Shown one piece after another: positions 17,747 through 27,496 of a DNA stretch of 64,000 nt. The position numbers and the translations under genes are program-made. The notes beneath the pieces are model-generated. The model was not told where the DNA came from and did not search any database. It saw nothing but the letters and a program-made list of their open reading frames with translations. Origin of the DNA: Vicinamibacteria bacterium (GTDB taxonomy: Bacteria > Acidobacteriota > Vicinamibacteria > Vicinamibacterales > JAENWD01); contig CAVUPP010000010.1 of NCBI GenBank assembly GCA_963743245.1, positions 128,910 through 192,909 of the forward strand, read 5' to 3'. Numbering within the stretch: position 1 is the first letter of the stretch; each line of letters starts with the position of its first letter.

Positions 17747-18744
17747 GCCGTCTCGCGATCGTGCGACAGTCGGATGGGATGCCTGCAGGCACGGAACAAC
17801 CGCCGGTGCCACGCAGCTTTCTGTCGGTGCTCGACTTCACGCCCGAACAGCTCGAAAGCTGCCTCGCGCTCGCCGCTCGGCTCAAGCGTGAGCGTGCGCT
17901 TGGACCGTGCGCGCCAACCGCCACGGCCCTGACGGGCCGCCACGTGGCGCTGCTGTTCGACAAGCCCTCACTGCGCACGAGGACCACGTTCGAAGTCGCG
18001 ATTCGGGAGTTGGGCGGCTCGGTGCTGGCTCTCCCGGCGGAGGTGGCACTCGGCACGCGCGAGCCGGTGCCTGACGTGGCCCGCAATCTGGAGCGATGGG
18101 TCCACGGCGTCGTGATTCGCACGTTCGGTCAGCGGATCGTCGAGGAGTTCACGGCCGCCGCGCCGGGGCTGAGCGTGATCAACGCCTTGACCGACGAACA
18201 GCATCCCTGCCAGGCCCTCGCCGACTTCCTCACACTGCAGGAAATCTGCGGAACCCTCGCGGGTCAGACGATCGCGTATGTCGGTGACGGGAACAACGTC
18301 GCGACGTCGCTCGTCCAGGCGGGCGTGATGCTCGGCGTCAACGTCCATCTCGCGTCGCCGCGGGGTTACGCCCTGCCGGATGCGGTCGTGGACTCGGCAC
18401 GCAAGGTTGCCCGGCACGGCGCCAGCGTCCGTCAATTCATCGATGCCGAAGCGGCCGTCCATGGCGCCGCGGCCGTCTACACGGACGTCTGGACCTCGAT
18501 GGGCCAGGAAGCCGAGAGCAACGCCCGGAAGGCCGCGTTCGCGCCGTATCAGGTGACCACGGCGCTCATGAAGCGCGCGGGGCGCCAGGCGAAGTTCATG
18601 CACTGCCTGCCGGCGCACCGCGGTGAAGAGGTCGCCGCGGACGTCTTCGAGTCGCCGGCATCCGTCGTCTTCGATCAGGCTGAGAATCGTCTGCACTCGC
18701 AGAAGGCGCTCCTGCTGATGCTCCTCGCGCCTCAGTACGTGTAG
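17743..18744 (+). CDS. argF: Ornithine carbamoyltransferase
   Basis: Track ORF, 333 aa, with an ATGA overlap with argJ. FDKPSLRTRTTFE (the carbamoyl-phosphate motif S-x-R-T-R), HPCQALAD and HCLPAHRGEE. Confidence 0.92.
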   Translation: MSRLAIVRQSDGMPAGTEQPPVPRSFLSVLDFTPEQLESCLALAARLKRERALGPCAPTATALTGRHVALLFDKPSLRTRTTFEVAIRELGGSVLALPAEVALGTREPVPDVARNLERWVHGVVIRTFGQRIVEEFTAAAPGLSVINALTDEQHPCQALADFLTLQEICGTLAGQTIAYVGDGNNVATSLVQAGVMLGVNVHLASPRGYALPDAVVDSARKVARHGASVRQFIDAEAAVHGAAAVYTDVWTSMGQEAESNARKAAFAPYQVTTALMKRAGRQAKFMHCLPAHRGEEVAADVFESPASVVFDQAENRLHSQKALLLMLLAPQYV

Positions 18745-18830
18745 GCTGTAGTTCGTAGTGCGTAGTTCATGGTTCGTAGCGGCGCGACGGGCTCTTCTAC
18801 GAACCACGAACTGACGGACTACGGACTGCA
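18745..18830. repeat. Short-period array with a perfect 9-bp hairpin (GGTTCGTAG ... CTACGAACC)
   Basis: Read directly: gtagttc/gtagtgc/gtagttc units, a stem-loop, then acgaac / gactacg units. It lies between argF and the acyl-CoA ligase gene. Confidence 0.7.
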
Positions 18831-18833
18831 GTG

Positions 18834-20529
18834 ATGATCAGCAAGCCCTGGCTCCAGCACTACGACGAAGGCGTTCCAGCCTCTCTCCAGCCGTACCCGG
18901 ACACCACCCTCGTTGACGCCGTCGCCGAGGCGGCGCGTGATCGGCCGCAGCATCCAGCGCTCCTCTTCAAGGGCACCGTCGTCACGTTCGGTGAGCTCGA
19001 CCGCCTGAGCACGGCTCTCGCGGCCGAGCTCGCCGCGGACGGCGTCCGCAAGGGCGATCGCGTCGCTCTCGTGCTTCCGAATTGTCCCCAGTTCGTCATC
19101 GGGCAATTCGGCATCTGGAAAGCCGGCGGCGTCGTCGTGCCGATCAATCCGATCTACACGGAACGTGAACTGACGCTGGCGCTCAGCGAATCTGGCGCTG
19201 GCATCGCCATCGCGCTGACGCGCCTGTACGACCGCTTGAAAGCTGTCCAGCCTGGCACCTCGGTTCGCCGTGTGATCGCGACGAACATCAAAGAGCACTT
19301 GCCGCGCCTGCAGGCGCTCCTGTTCACGCTGCTGAAGGAAAAGAAAGACGGTCATCGAATCACCCTCGCCGAGGGCGACCGCTGGTTCCGCGAGGTGCTC
19401 GTGTCGGGCGGCAGGCGTCCCGCGCCACCAACGAGGCCGCTGCCGGGCGATCCCGCGGTGCTGCTCGGCAGTGGCGGAACCACGGGAACGCCAAAAGCCG
19501 CCATCGGTGACCATCGTGTCTACGTCCAGGCGGGCTTACAGCTGCGTGCGTGGACCGGCTCGGTCTTCGAGAAATACACCGACATCATCCTGCTGCCGCT
19601 GCCGCTCTTTCACGTGTACGCCAACGTCGGCGTCCAGGCGATGGCGATTGTGGGTCACAACCCTGTCGCACTGGTTCCGAATCCGCGGGACATCGACGAC
19701 CTGCTCAAGACGATCCGGAAAGTCCGGCCGGCGTTCTTCGCGGGCGTCCCCACGCTCTTCAACGCGATACTGAATCACCCGTCGGTCGGGGCGGGCCGCG
19801 TCGATCTCGAGCTCGATCAAGATTTGCTTCTCGGGCGCGTCGGCGTTGCTGGCCGAGACCCGCCGACAGTTCGTCGAAATGACGCGCGGACACATCGTAG
19901 AAGGGTATTCCCTCACCGAAGGGATGATGGCGTGCATCCTCAATCCGGTGAAAGGCCCCGCGAAGAACGGTTCGATCGGAATGCCGCTCCCGGACGTGAC
20001 GGTCCAGATCGTAGACGCGGACGACAGCTCACAACGCCTCGGCCCGGGCGAGGTGGGCGAGCTCATCATGCAGGCGCCGCAGTTGATGAGCGGTTACTGG
20101 GGCAACCCGGGTGAGACGGCTGACGTTCTTCGGCAACGGCCGGATGGCGGCACCTGGCTGTACACGGGTGACATCGGGTATGCCGACGAGGACGGCTACG
20201 TCTACCTCGTCGATCGCAAAAAGGATCTGATCAAGACGAGCGGCTTTCAGGTCTGGCCGCGCGAGATCGAAGAAGTGCTCGCCGCTCACCCGTCGGTCGT
20301 CGAGGTCGCGGCGGCCGGCATCGCGGACTCTGCAAAAGGAGAGGTCGTCAAGGCGTGGGTCGTGCTGAAGGAAGGCGCCCACGCCACCGAGGACGACCTG
20401 CGCCGCTGGTGCCGCGAGCGTCTCGCGGCCTACAAAGTTCCTGCGAGCGTCGAGTTCCGATCGGAGCTGCCCAAGAGCCTCGTGGGCAAAGTGCTGCGGC
20501 GTGCGCTCGCCGGTCGTCAGCCTGCTTGA
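18834..20529 (+). pseudogene. Long-chain-fatty-acid--CoA ligase (AMP-binding family), frame broken by one extra nt near 19809
   Basis: Track ORFs 18831..20114 and 19846..20529 are the two halves. The first is good up to ...HPSVGAGRVDL. The +1 frame continues SSIKICFSGASALLAETRRQFVEMTRGHIVEGYSLTE...TGDIGYADEDGYVYLVDRKKDLIK...PKSLVGKVLRR. Confidence 0.85.
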
Positions 20530-21071
20530 GCGCGCGTCAGGTGCACGGGCTCGGCGAATGCCGGTCCCTTGCCCCCCGGCTCCTTCAACCACGCGCGAAA
20601 CTGCGACGTGTCTCCGGTGAGCACGACGTTCTTGCGCTCGTCGATGACGGCATTCGGAAGATCGCCCTTCAGGACGCGCTGACGGAGCTGATCGTAGTCG
20701 AGGGCCGCGATCGACAGTCCATCGGCGGTGCGTTCGATACGGAATATCGCGTGAACCGGCAGGAGCAACGCCGCAGCATCCACACCCGCCTGCGGCATCA
20801 GATCGAGCAGCGTACGATCGCCAACCTGCGTCAGATGACCCGTCAGCGTGAACGTGTCGTGCGCGGAGTGCAGCACCACCTTGTAGCTGTGCCACTCGGC
20901 CGCCTCGATGTCCAGCGCGGTCTCGTCTTCATCGTTTTTCCAGGTGCCGACGAGCGTGGGATCCCACGTGAGGCTGCTGTCGTCGTACGCCGGCTGCAGG
21001 CTCACGACCAGACAAGCCGCGGAGGACAATGCCACGAGCGCGATGAGAAGGGCGATGAGGGTCGAGCGCAA
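20517..21071 (-). CDS. Hypothetical lipoprotein
   Basis: Track ORF 20517..21143. The signal/lipobox is LIALLIALVALSSAAC. The N-terminal codons of the long ORF lie in the repeat, and a TTG at 21069-21071 is a plausible start. No family was recognised. Confidence 0.5.
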   Translation of the reverse strand: MRSTLIALLIALVALSSAACLVVSLQPAYDDSSLTWDPTLVGTWKNDEDETALDIEAAEWHSYKVVLHSAHDTFTLTGHLTQVGDRTLLDLMPQAGVDAAALLLPVHAIFRIERTADGLSIAALDYDQLRQRVLKGDLPNAVIDERKNVVLTGDTSQFRAWLKEPGGKGPAFAEPVHLTRAQAG

Positions 21072-21090
21072 AACACTGGGAGTATAAGCG

Positions 21091-21200
21091 GGATTGCGGA
21101 GTGCGGATTTCGGAGTGCGGAGTTGACCGACTCTCCCGTTCATTCCGCACTTCGAACTCCGAATTCCGAATTACACTTCAGTCCGTAGACCGTAGACCGC
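21091..21200. repeat. Composite short-period array (gcggagt / tccgaa[ct] / ccgtaga units)
   Basis: Read directly, in the divergent spacer between the genes starting at 21071 (minus strand) and 21202 (plus strand). Confidence 0.7.
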
Positions 21201-21201
21201 T

Positions 21202-23507
21202 ATGGACCTTCTGCTCGGCCTGTCTTTGTTCGGCGTGGCCTTCATCGTGGCGCTGATCGTGCCCATCCTCGGCTGGGTGCGCGCGGCGCACGCGATGAAC
21301 GAGGTGCGGCAGCTGCGCACACGCATCGGGGCAATCGAACAGGAGCTGAGGAAGCTCACTCAAGCACGAGTCGTTCCTGGTGCCGATGCGGCGTCCGCCG
21401 TCCCCTCGGAGCCCGTCATGGTGACGCCTCCCGCAGGCGAGATCCGCGTCGCGGCAGCTCCTCCCGTCGAAGCGACGGCACAGGAACTGATCGCCGCGCC
21501 CCCTGTCCCGGATCCCGTTCCTGCCGATCTTCCGCACCCCGAGCCCGCGCTGCCACACGTCCAGAGCACACCGGCGCCGGTCGTGGCGTCCCCAGCCCGA
21601 ACCGGCGAAGGCGTCGAAGCGGCAATCGGTGGGCGGCTGCTCCTGTACGCGGGCGCCTTGACGGTCATCCTGGGGGTTGCCTTCTTCCTGAAGTACGCGT
21701 TCGACCGGAACTGGATTACCGAGTGGATGCGTGTCGCAATCGGCATCCTGTCCGGCATCGGGTTCGTGGCGCTCGGCCTTCGGCTCGCTCGAGCGGGATA
21801 CCGGGGCTACGGCCAGATTCTGAGCGGCGTAGGCCTGGCGGCCCTCTACCTCTCCGTCTACGCGGCGTTCAGCTTCTACGACCTGATCGGCCGGACGGCG
21901 GCGTTCGCGCTTGTTGCTCGGTGTCACGGTGGCCGCGGCCTGGCTGTCGGATCGCCAGGAGTCGCAGGGCATGGCCGTGATGGCCGTCGGCGGCGGATTC
22001 CTCACGCCATTTCTCGTGGGCGGCGACTCGGACGCGCAGATCACGTTGTTCTCGTATGTGGCGTTGCTGATTGTCGGCACGCTCTGGCTCGCCCGGCGGC
22101 GAGGCTGGCCGCTGCTCCTGGTAATGGCATACGGATTCACGCTGATGACCGTCGGCGCGTGGGCAGCCGATTACTACACGCCCTCCAAGTACCTGCGAAC
22201 GACGCTCCTGCTGACAATGTTCTGCGGACTGTTCATCCTCGCGCGCTGGGACGTGGCGGCATCCACGACCGGGAGCGCGCGGTTTGCCAATTCGATTCTC
22301 GCGTCGGCTCCGGTGCTCTATCACATCGCCATCGTCGGGCTGCTGTTCAACCACGGCGTGGCGCTCCTCGTCTATCTGATTGCGGTGAGCCTCGTCGGCG
22401 TCGGATGGGCGATGCACACCGAGCGAGCGGGCCTTCGCCTGGTCATGTGGGCCGCCGTGCTGCTGCCGCTCATCGGCTGGGTGTCGGATCATCAGACCCG
22501 CGCGTGGATCCTTCCAGGACTGGTCACCATCGGCGCCGTCTTTCTGATCCACCTGGTCGCGCAGTTCGACCGTTTGATTCGACACGACACGAAGCTCGGA
22601 TGGCAGGACCTCGTCCTGGCCCACGGCAACGGTCTCGGCGCCTTCCTGGCCGTGTACGTCCTGCTCGAGCACACATCCCTCGCCTGGGTTCCCTACGCCG
22701 GCCTGGTGCTGGCGGCGCTTCACGCCGTCGTGGGACGGCAGATACGCCTTCGTGACCTCTCGGCCTCGCTTCACGCCCTGGCGGTGGCGTTCTCGCTGCT
22801 CGCTGCCGTCGTTGCGGTGCAATTGGATGGAGCGTGGCTGACAGCGGCCTGGAGCGCAGAAGGCGCAGCCGTTGTGCTCATCGGTGTCTGGATGGGACAG
22901 ACGTGGTTCCGGACCGCTGGAGCTGCGCTGTTCACGGTGGCTGTGTGGCGCTGGCTCGCTTTTACGGTGCCGTCCGAACCAGCGGTGTTCGATCCGTTCC
23001 TGAACGAGACGCTTGTTGCTCGGCCTGTGGCTGACCGGACTGCTCTACGTGATGGCATGGGCCCATCACAAGGCGGCGCCGTCGCTCCCCTACCGTCGCG
23101 ACAGCCTGGCAACGCTGCTCATCGCCGCCAGCATCATCACGACAATCACGTTGACGGCGCAGTCAGAATCGTACTGGCAGCAGCAGGGTGGCACGAGCCC
23201 AGACGCCACGTTCGCTCGAGGACTGACGCTCTCGGTGCTGTGGGCGGCATATGCCGGGCTGCTCATCGTGCTCGGGATCCGCAAGCGCTACCCGCCCATC
23301 CGGTACTTCGCGATCGGACTCCTCGCGATCACGATCGGCAAGGTGTTCCTGTCGGATCTGTCCGAGCTCGAAGGCATCTACCGCGTGCTCGGCCTCCTCA
23401 TCGTCGGCGCGATTCTGCTCGTCGTCTCTTTCCTGTATCAGCGCGTGACGCGCGCCGCCGCGACGGAAGATGCACCGCCCCCGGCGGCAACAGATTCGGC
23501 CGGATAG
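21202..23507 (+). pseudogene. DUF2339-type polytopic membrane protein, frame broken twice (near 21910 and 23012)
   Basis: Three track ORFs (21202.., 21911.., 23013..23507), each shifted +1 from the previous one, carry consecutive hydrophobic segments. These include ...AFFLKYAFDRNWI..., ...GGGFLTPFL... and the C-terminal FLSDLSELEGIYRVLGLLIVGAILLVVSFLYQR. Each ORF turns into Arg/Pro-rich nonsense after its junction. Confidence 0.75.
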
Positions 23508-24365
23508 TCACGGCCGTGCGGCGCCCATCTGGAGTCGCCCCACGTGATCGAACGCATAGCTGCGTTCGATGTCGCTATCGGCACACTGGCCTCCAGGGTT
23601 GTGATACTCGGGGAGCGGACGCGCCGGTGTGGCACAAACCGTCAGGCGATACCGCCCTTCCGCCGGCGGTGCCGCCAGGTCGAACGCGATGGGTTCTCCA
23701 CGAATGAAGTCTCCTGGCATGCGACGCTCGACAAGCGGCGGAGCGGCCGCATCAAGGCGCTGGAGACGATACAGCAGCGACGCCGCGGTACGGCTCGAAC
23801 GCATCACGACGCGGTAGCCCTCGATCGGCCGGTCCACCGCGCCGGACTCTGAGAGCACCACCGCGGGCACGACATCCGTGGCGGTTGCCAGACCGCGTTG
23901 CGGAACGACGACGACGCCAATGTTGTCGCGTAGCCCGGAAATCCCGTCAATCACGTCAGTCGTCTTCCACGGACCGAAGGCGTTCCACGCGTTGCTCCGC
24001 CACTGGGCCGGCTTTGACTCCATACGGTAGTGATGCTCGTCCTCGAGCTCCCGCGCGAGCACGAACGTTGTCGAGGCCGCCCCCGCCAGGCGGGCAGGCA
24101 GGAAAAAGGCCACCCTGAGGCTGCTTGCGGCCGGGATCTTGAGGCGCGACGTGGTGAACGACAGCAGCTCCCATTCCGGATTCGCAGCGTCCTCGGCAAT
24201 CGCCGCTTCGTACCGATTGCCGCGATCGGCGGCCGTGGTTTTCCATGCGTCCTCCGCTCGGGCAGTGAGCACCGCGGCCATGCAGCAGACAATGACACGC
24301 ATCGCGCCGAATAGATGCCGGCGGGACCACGAGGAAAACAGAGACGACTTGCGCGTGCCACTCAT
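23508..24365 (-). CDS. Hypothetical exported protein (last gene of the EAD/protease operon)
   Basis: Track ORF, 285 aa, with a signal-like N-terminus (MRVIVCCMAAVLTARA). Its ATG overlaps the upstream stop (ATGA at 24362-24365). No family was recognised. Confidence 0.6.
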   Translation of the reverse strand: MSGTRKSSLFSSWSRRHLFGAMRVIVCCMAAVLTARAEDAWKTTAADRGNRYEAAIAEDAANPEWELLSFTTSRLKIPAASSLRVAFFLPARLAGAASTTFVLARELEDEHHYRMESKPAQWRSNAWNAFGPWKTTDVIDGISGLRDNIGVVVVPQRGLATATDVVPAVVLSESGAVDRPIEGYRVVMRSSRTAASLLYRLQRLDAAAPPLVERRMPGDFIRGEPIAFDLAAPPAEGRYRLTVCATPARPLPEYHNPGGQCADSDIERSYAFDHVGRLQMGAARP

Positions 24366-24793
24366 GGATTGGTGTTTCGCTTGATGCTGTACGTCCGGGT
24401 AGGTTCCTTGAACTGGATGGTGTCGTCGTTCACGAAGAGACCGGTGATGTTGACCTTGGTGCCAGCGCGATCGACACTGATCGTCACGGTCTTGTTGACA
24501 TACGTTCCCGTGACCGGGTTGGTGGACCCGTTCAACTGCTCGTTGCTCGACGAGTTGAACGACCCCGACTTCTGTCCATCCTGATCCACGAGGAGAGCGA
24601 ACCGGTGCGTTGGCGAGACGAATGCGCCGGCCCCATCGATCTCATCCCACACGAACGTGAAGTTCGGAATGAAGTTGGTGTCGCCGCCGATGATGCCTGT
24701 GCCGCTGTCGCTTCCACAACTGGCGAGCGCGAGGAATCCGAGCACGGCCGCCAGCCGTGGCAGATGAACGATCGCGGTTCGATAGTGAGACAT
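24362..24793 (-). CDS. Hypothetical small lipoprotein
   Basis: ATG at 24791-24793, preceded by AGGAGG. The lipobox is LGFLALASC and the mature part is Thr/Asn/Gly-rich and beta-like. The region is visibly less GC-rich than its surroundings. Confidence 0.6.
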   Translation of the reverse strand: MSHYRTAIVHLPRLAAVLGFLALASCGSDSGTGIIGGDTNFIPNFTFVWDEIDGAGAFVSPTHRFALLVDQDGQKSGSFNSSSNEQLNGSTNPVTGTYVNKTVTISVDRAGTKVNITGLFVNDDTIQFKEPTRTYSIKRNTNP

Positions 24794-24819
24794 ACCGCCT
24801 CCTGAACGCGTTTCCTGGA

Positions 24820-25995
24820 TCACTGGCCCACCGAGAGCAGGGGTTTCATGCGATCGAGCAGGTCTGCCACCAGTGGTTTGGCTTCCTTCAACTGACCATC
24901 GAGCTCAGCCAGCGCGCTGGTCAGCGTCTTCTGTTCGTCTTTCGAGAGCTTCTTGTTGACTACGAGCAACGCGACGATGTCGGCGAGCTGGTTGTAGATG
25001 ACGCTGTTGTGCAGCGAGTAGAGGCGAGTCGTGACGTGCTCGAAATCGGTGGCGCGCGCACCGCCCCATTGCGTCCGGATCGACTCCTGTAGCGCCGTCC
25101 GCCGCGGATACCAGTTCTGGAACGCCGCGTTGTAATCGATCGTCACCTTGCGGACCTCCGGTCCGAGGAGCTTCTTGCGCTTGAAGAACGCGCCCACCGC
25201 CTCCATCTGAAAGAGGTAGTCGTTCAACGTCTTCGACACGTCCTCGAAAACGGCCCGACGAACCTTGCGACTGAACGGGTCAGTGCCGCCAATCAGGTTC
25301 GTCTGGAGCCGGTACGACGACGCGAACGACAGCAGCTCACGCGCGCTCGTCGCGCGGCTGCCGAGCGCCGCGTGCGTCGTGAAGATGCCCAACAGGCAAG
25401 GACGGTCGTTCAGTACAGGACCGCCGGATGCGCCGCGATCGCTGCCGTGGCCGGTCAGGATGAAGCGCCGCGAATCCCCTTCGAACGAGTCGGCGAGAAT
25501 GGCGTCCACGGAACTGACCGTCCAGTCTCCACTGGCGTGACCGATGACATTGGCCTGCTCCTGCTTCTGCGGGTCCTGGTAGCACAGCGTCGGTCCGTCC
25601 GCCATCCTGTGCGCCACCTCAGGAGCCGCCAGGTCCAGCAGTGCCAGATCCACCTGGCTTCGGCAGGCCACGAGCGTCGCACCGCTGAGCGGGGCCGCCT
25701 GATTCGGAAACGCGATGGACAGCGCGCCTGTCGAAGGACACACGTCCGTGCCCCCGGCGTCTCCGCTCGCCGCCGCATCGGCGGGCCGCACGACATGAAG
25801 CGCCGTGGCAATGGTCAGATGATCGCCAGACGTGCCCACGACCAGCCCGGCACCCGTCTCGTCTGCCGTGACGATCTTCACGACGCGCTGGCTGATCTCC
25901 GTGAGGTCCGGCGGCTCCGTCGGAGAACGCGAGTCTTGTGGAGGCGCTTGGGCCAGGATCGACGCCACCGCGACAGCTGCAGCCACGAGCCTCAT
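24820..25995 (-). CDS. Exported trypsin-like (S1/Trypsin_2) serine peptidase with a C-terminal helical domain
   Basis: ATG at 25993-25995 (ATGA overlap with the upstream stop) and signal peptide MRLVAAAVAVASILAQA. The catalytic-triad contexts are TALHVV (His), DLALLDL (Asp) and GASGGPV (Ser). A helical extension of about 150 aa of unknown family follows. Confidence 0.8.
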   Translation of the reverse strand: MRLVAAAVAVASILAQAPPQDSRSPTEPPDLTEISQRVVKIVTADETGAGLVVGTSGDHLTIATALHVVRPADAAASGDAGGTDVCPSTGALSIAFPNQAAPLSGATLVACRSQVDLALLDLAAPEVAHRMADGPTLCYQDPQKQEQANVIGHASGDWTVSSVDAILADSFEGDSRRFILTGHGSDRGASGGPVLNDRPCLLGIFTTHAALGSRATSARELLSFASSYRLQTNLIGGTDPFSRKVRRAVFEDVSKTLNDYLFQMEAVGAFFKRKKLLGPEVRKVTIDYNAAFQNWYPRRTALQESIRTQWGGARATDFEHVTTRLYSLHNSVIYNQLADIVALLVVNKKLSKDEQKTLTSALAELDGQLKEAKPLVADLLDRMKPLLSVGQ

Positions 25996-27263
25996 TGAGC
26001 GCGCTCCCACTGGGGCCGGCTCCAGCCGGCGAATCGCGGCCACGAGACGAGCAGGAGGAGCACGCCGACCCCCGCAAGCAGCGCGGGACGACGAAGGATC
26101 ACGGCGAAGACGGTTGGTATCAGGTCGCGCGTCTCGCCTCCCTCGACGATTGCGATACGCCGTGCACGGCCCACGAGGTGAACTCTGAGCGACGATCCGG
26201 CCGTGAGCGTGAGGCTCCCGGCGTCGAGACCCGAGAGCCGGAGCCTGGCGCCCGGATCGATCTGGACGGGTCCTGCGGATGCGTCGCGATAGGTCAGCGT
26301 GCCTCGCTGGATCGTCGAGACGGTTCGATCGTCGAGGCGGTCGTCGAATGACAACGTATCGACAACATCGACCGAGATGTCGGGCAGCGCCACGGAGTTC
26401 TTGTCCGACTCCAGCAGCAGAGCCATCCGTTCGCGGCCGCCTTGCACCCGCAAGAGTCCTCCTCCATGTGCCTCGTCCGTAAAGCGACCGACGGCGTGAG
26501 CGTCACAGCCGGGACAGCGGATCCCGCGGACGCGGGTGGATTTGAAAAGAGCGGATGCCGATCCCTGACGAAGCAGGACCTTGAGTGTGCCCTGCTCGTC
26601 TGCCGTCGTACCGATTTGAAGGACCGCGCCGCCCGGTGCGGTGAGCGTGAACCCACTCACGGCATCACCCGTCACCGCGGCCGTGGCGTCGGTCGATGTG
26701 AGCTCCGCAGCGCCACCGTTCAACGACATGCCAGCCAGCCGCTGGGCCGCGACTGATGCCAGACGAACGCCAGCGATCAGAGTGGCGTCTCGATCGTCCC
26801 GGCCATCCAGCCTCATCGTGACCACGCGTGCATCGACGTCGAGTGTGACATTGGCCGGCATGCGCATGATGCTGGACACCACACCCAGCGCGAGTACGGC
26901 ACACCATCCAGCGCCGAACACGAGATTGACGCGCCGCGTCGAGAGCCGGCGCCACCACGGGAGCACGTCCCTGACGTGAGGTGCGTCGAGGACGGTGAGC
27001 AGTCGGGCGGCGGTGGTTGAGAGGCGTTCGTTGCCTGGATTCTCCTCGCGCGCCCCAGCGATCAGCGCACGCGTGCGGCCCGTGGCCTCGGCCCAGGTGA
27101 TCACTTTGAACGTGGCGTCGGAGAGATTGCCGGCACCTGCGATCGCCTGCAGGTTTGCGCCCAGATGGAACGTCAGCAGCTGGGCGAGGCTGTCGAGCGT
27201 CGGGAACGCCTCGAGCAAGGCGCCATGGAGATCCTGCAGATCCTCGCCCGAGAGCTGCGGCAT
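25992..27263 (-). CDS. Two-TM membrane protein with an N-terminal effector-associated-domain (EAD1-like, Death-like adaptor)
   Basis: ATG at 27261-27263. Residues 1-85 (LSGEDLQDLHGALLEAFPTLDSLAQLLTFHLGANLQAIAGAGNLSDATFKVITWAEATGRTRALIAGAREENPGNERL) closely match the EAD1 consensus as I recall it. TM1 (VNLVFGAGWCAVLALGVVSSI) follows, then a beta-rich segment of about 270 aa and a C-terminal TM (ALLAGVGVLLLLV). Confidence 0.7.
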   Translation of the reverse strand: MPQLSGEDLQDLHGALLEAFPTLDSLAQLLTFHLGANLQAIAGAGNLSDATFKVITWAEATGRTRALIAGAREENPGNERLSTTAARLLTVLDAPHVRDVLPWWRRLSTRRVNLVFGAGWCAVLALGVVSSIMRMPANVTLDVDARVVTMRLDGRDDRDATLIAGVRLASVAAQRLAGMSLNGGAAELTSTDATAAVTGDAVSGFTLTAPGGAVLQIGTTADEQGTLKVLLRQGSASALFKSTRVRGIRCPGCDAHAVGRFTDEAHGGGLLRVQGGRERMALLLESDKNSVALPDISVDVVDTLSFDDRLDDRTVSTIQRGTLTYRDASAGPVQIDPGARLRLSGLDAGSLTLTAGSSLRVHLVGRARRIAIVEGGETRDLIPTVFAVILRRPALLAGVGVLLLLVSWPRFAGWSRPQWERAQ

Positions 27264-27496
27264 CAGCTGACTCCGGCACGACGCAGCACACACGGCCGGC
27301 GTTCGCAGACGTCGAGCCTGCGGCCCCCGTCACCGGCATGCTCACGGCCAGTCGATAGTGCGCGATGGCGTTCGAGCGTTGCGATCGTCGGCGTCGAGAC
27401 GTGGCGCGCGATTGATTCGAGACGATGTTAGGGCAGGTGTAGCGCGGCCGCTAGCGGCGTTTCGAGCTCAGCTTTATGAGGACGAGCTGGCAATCG

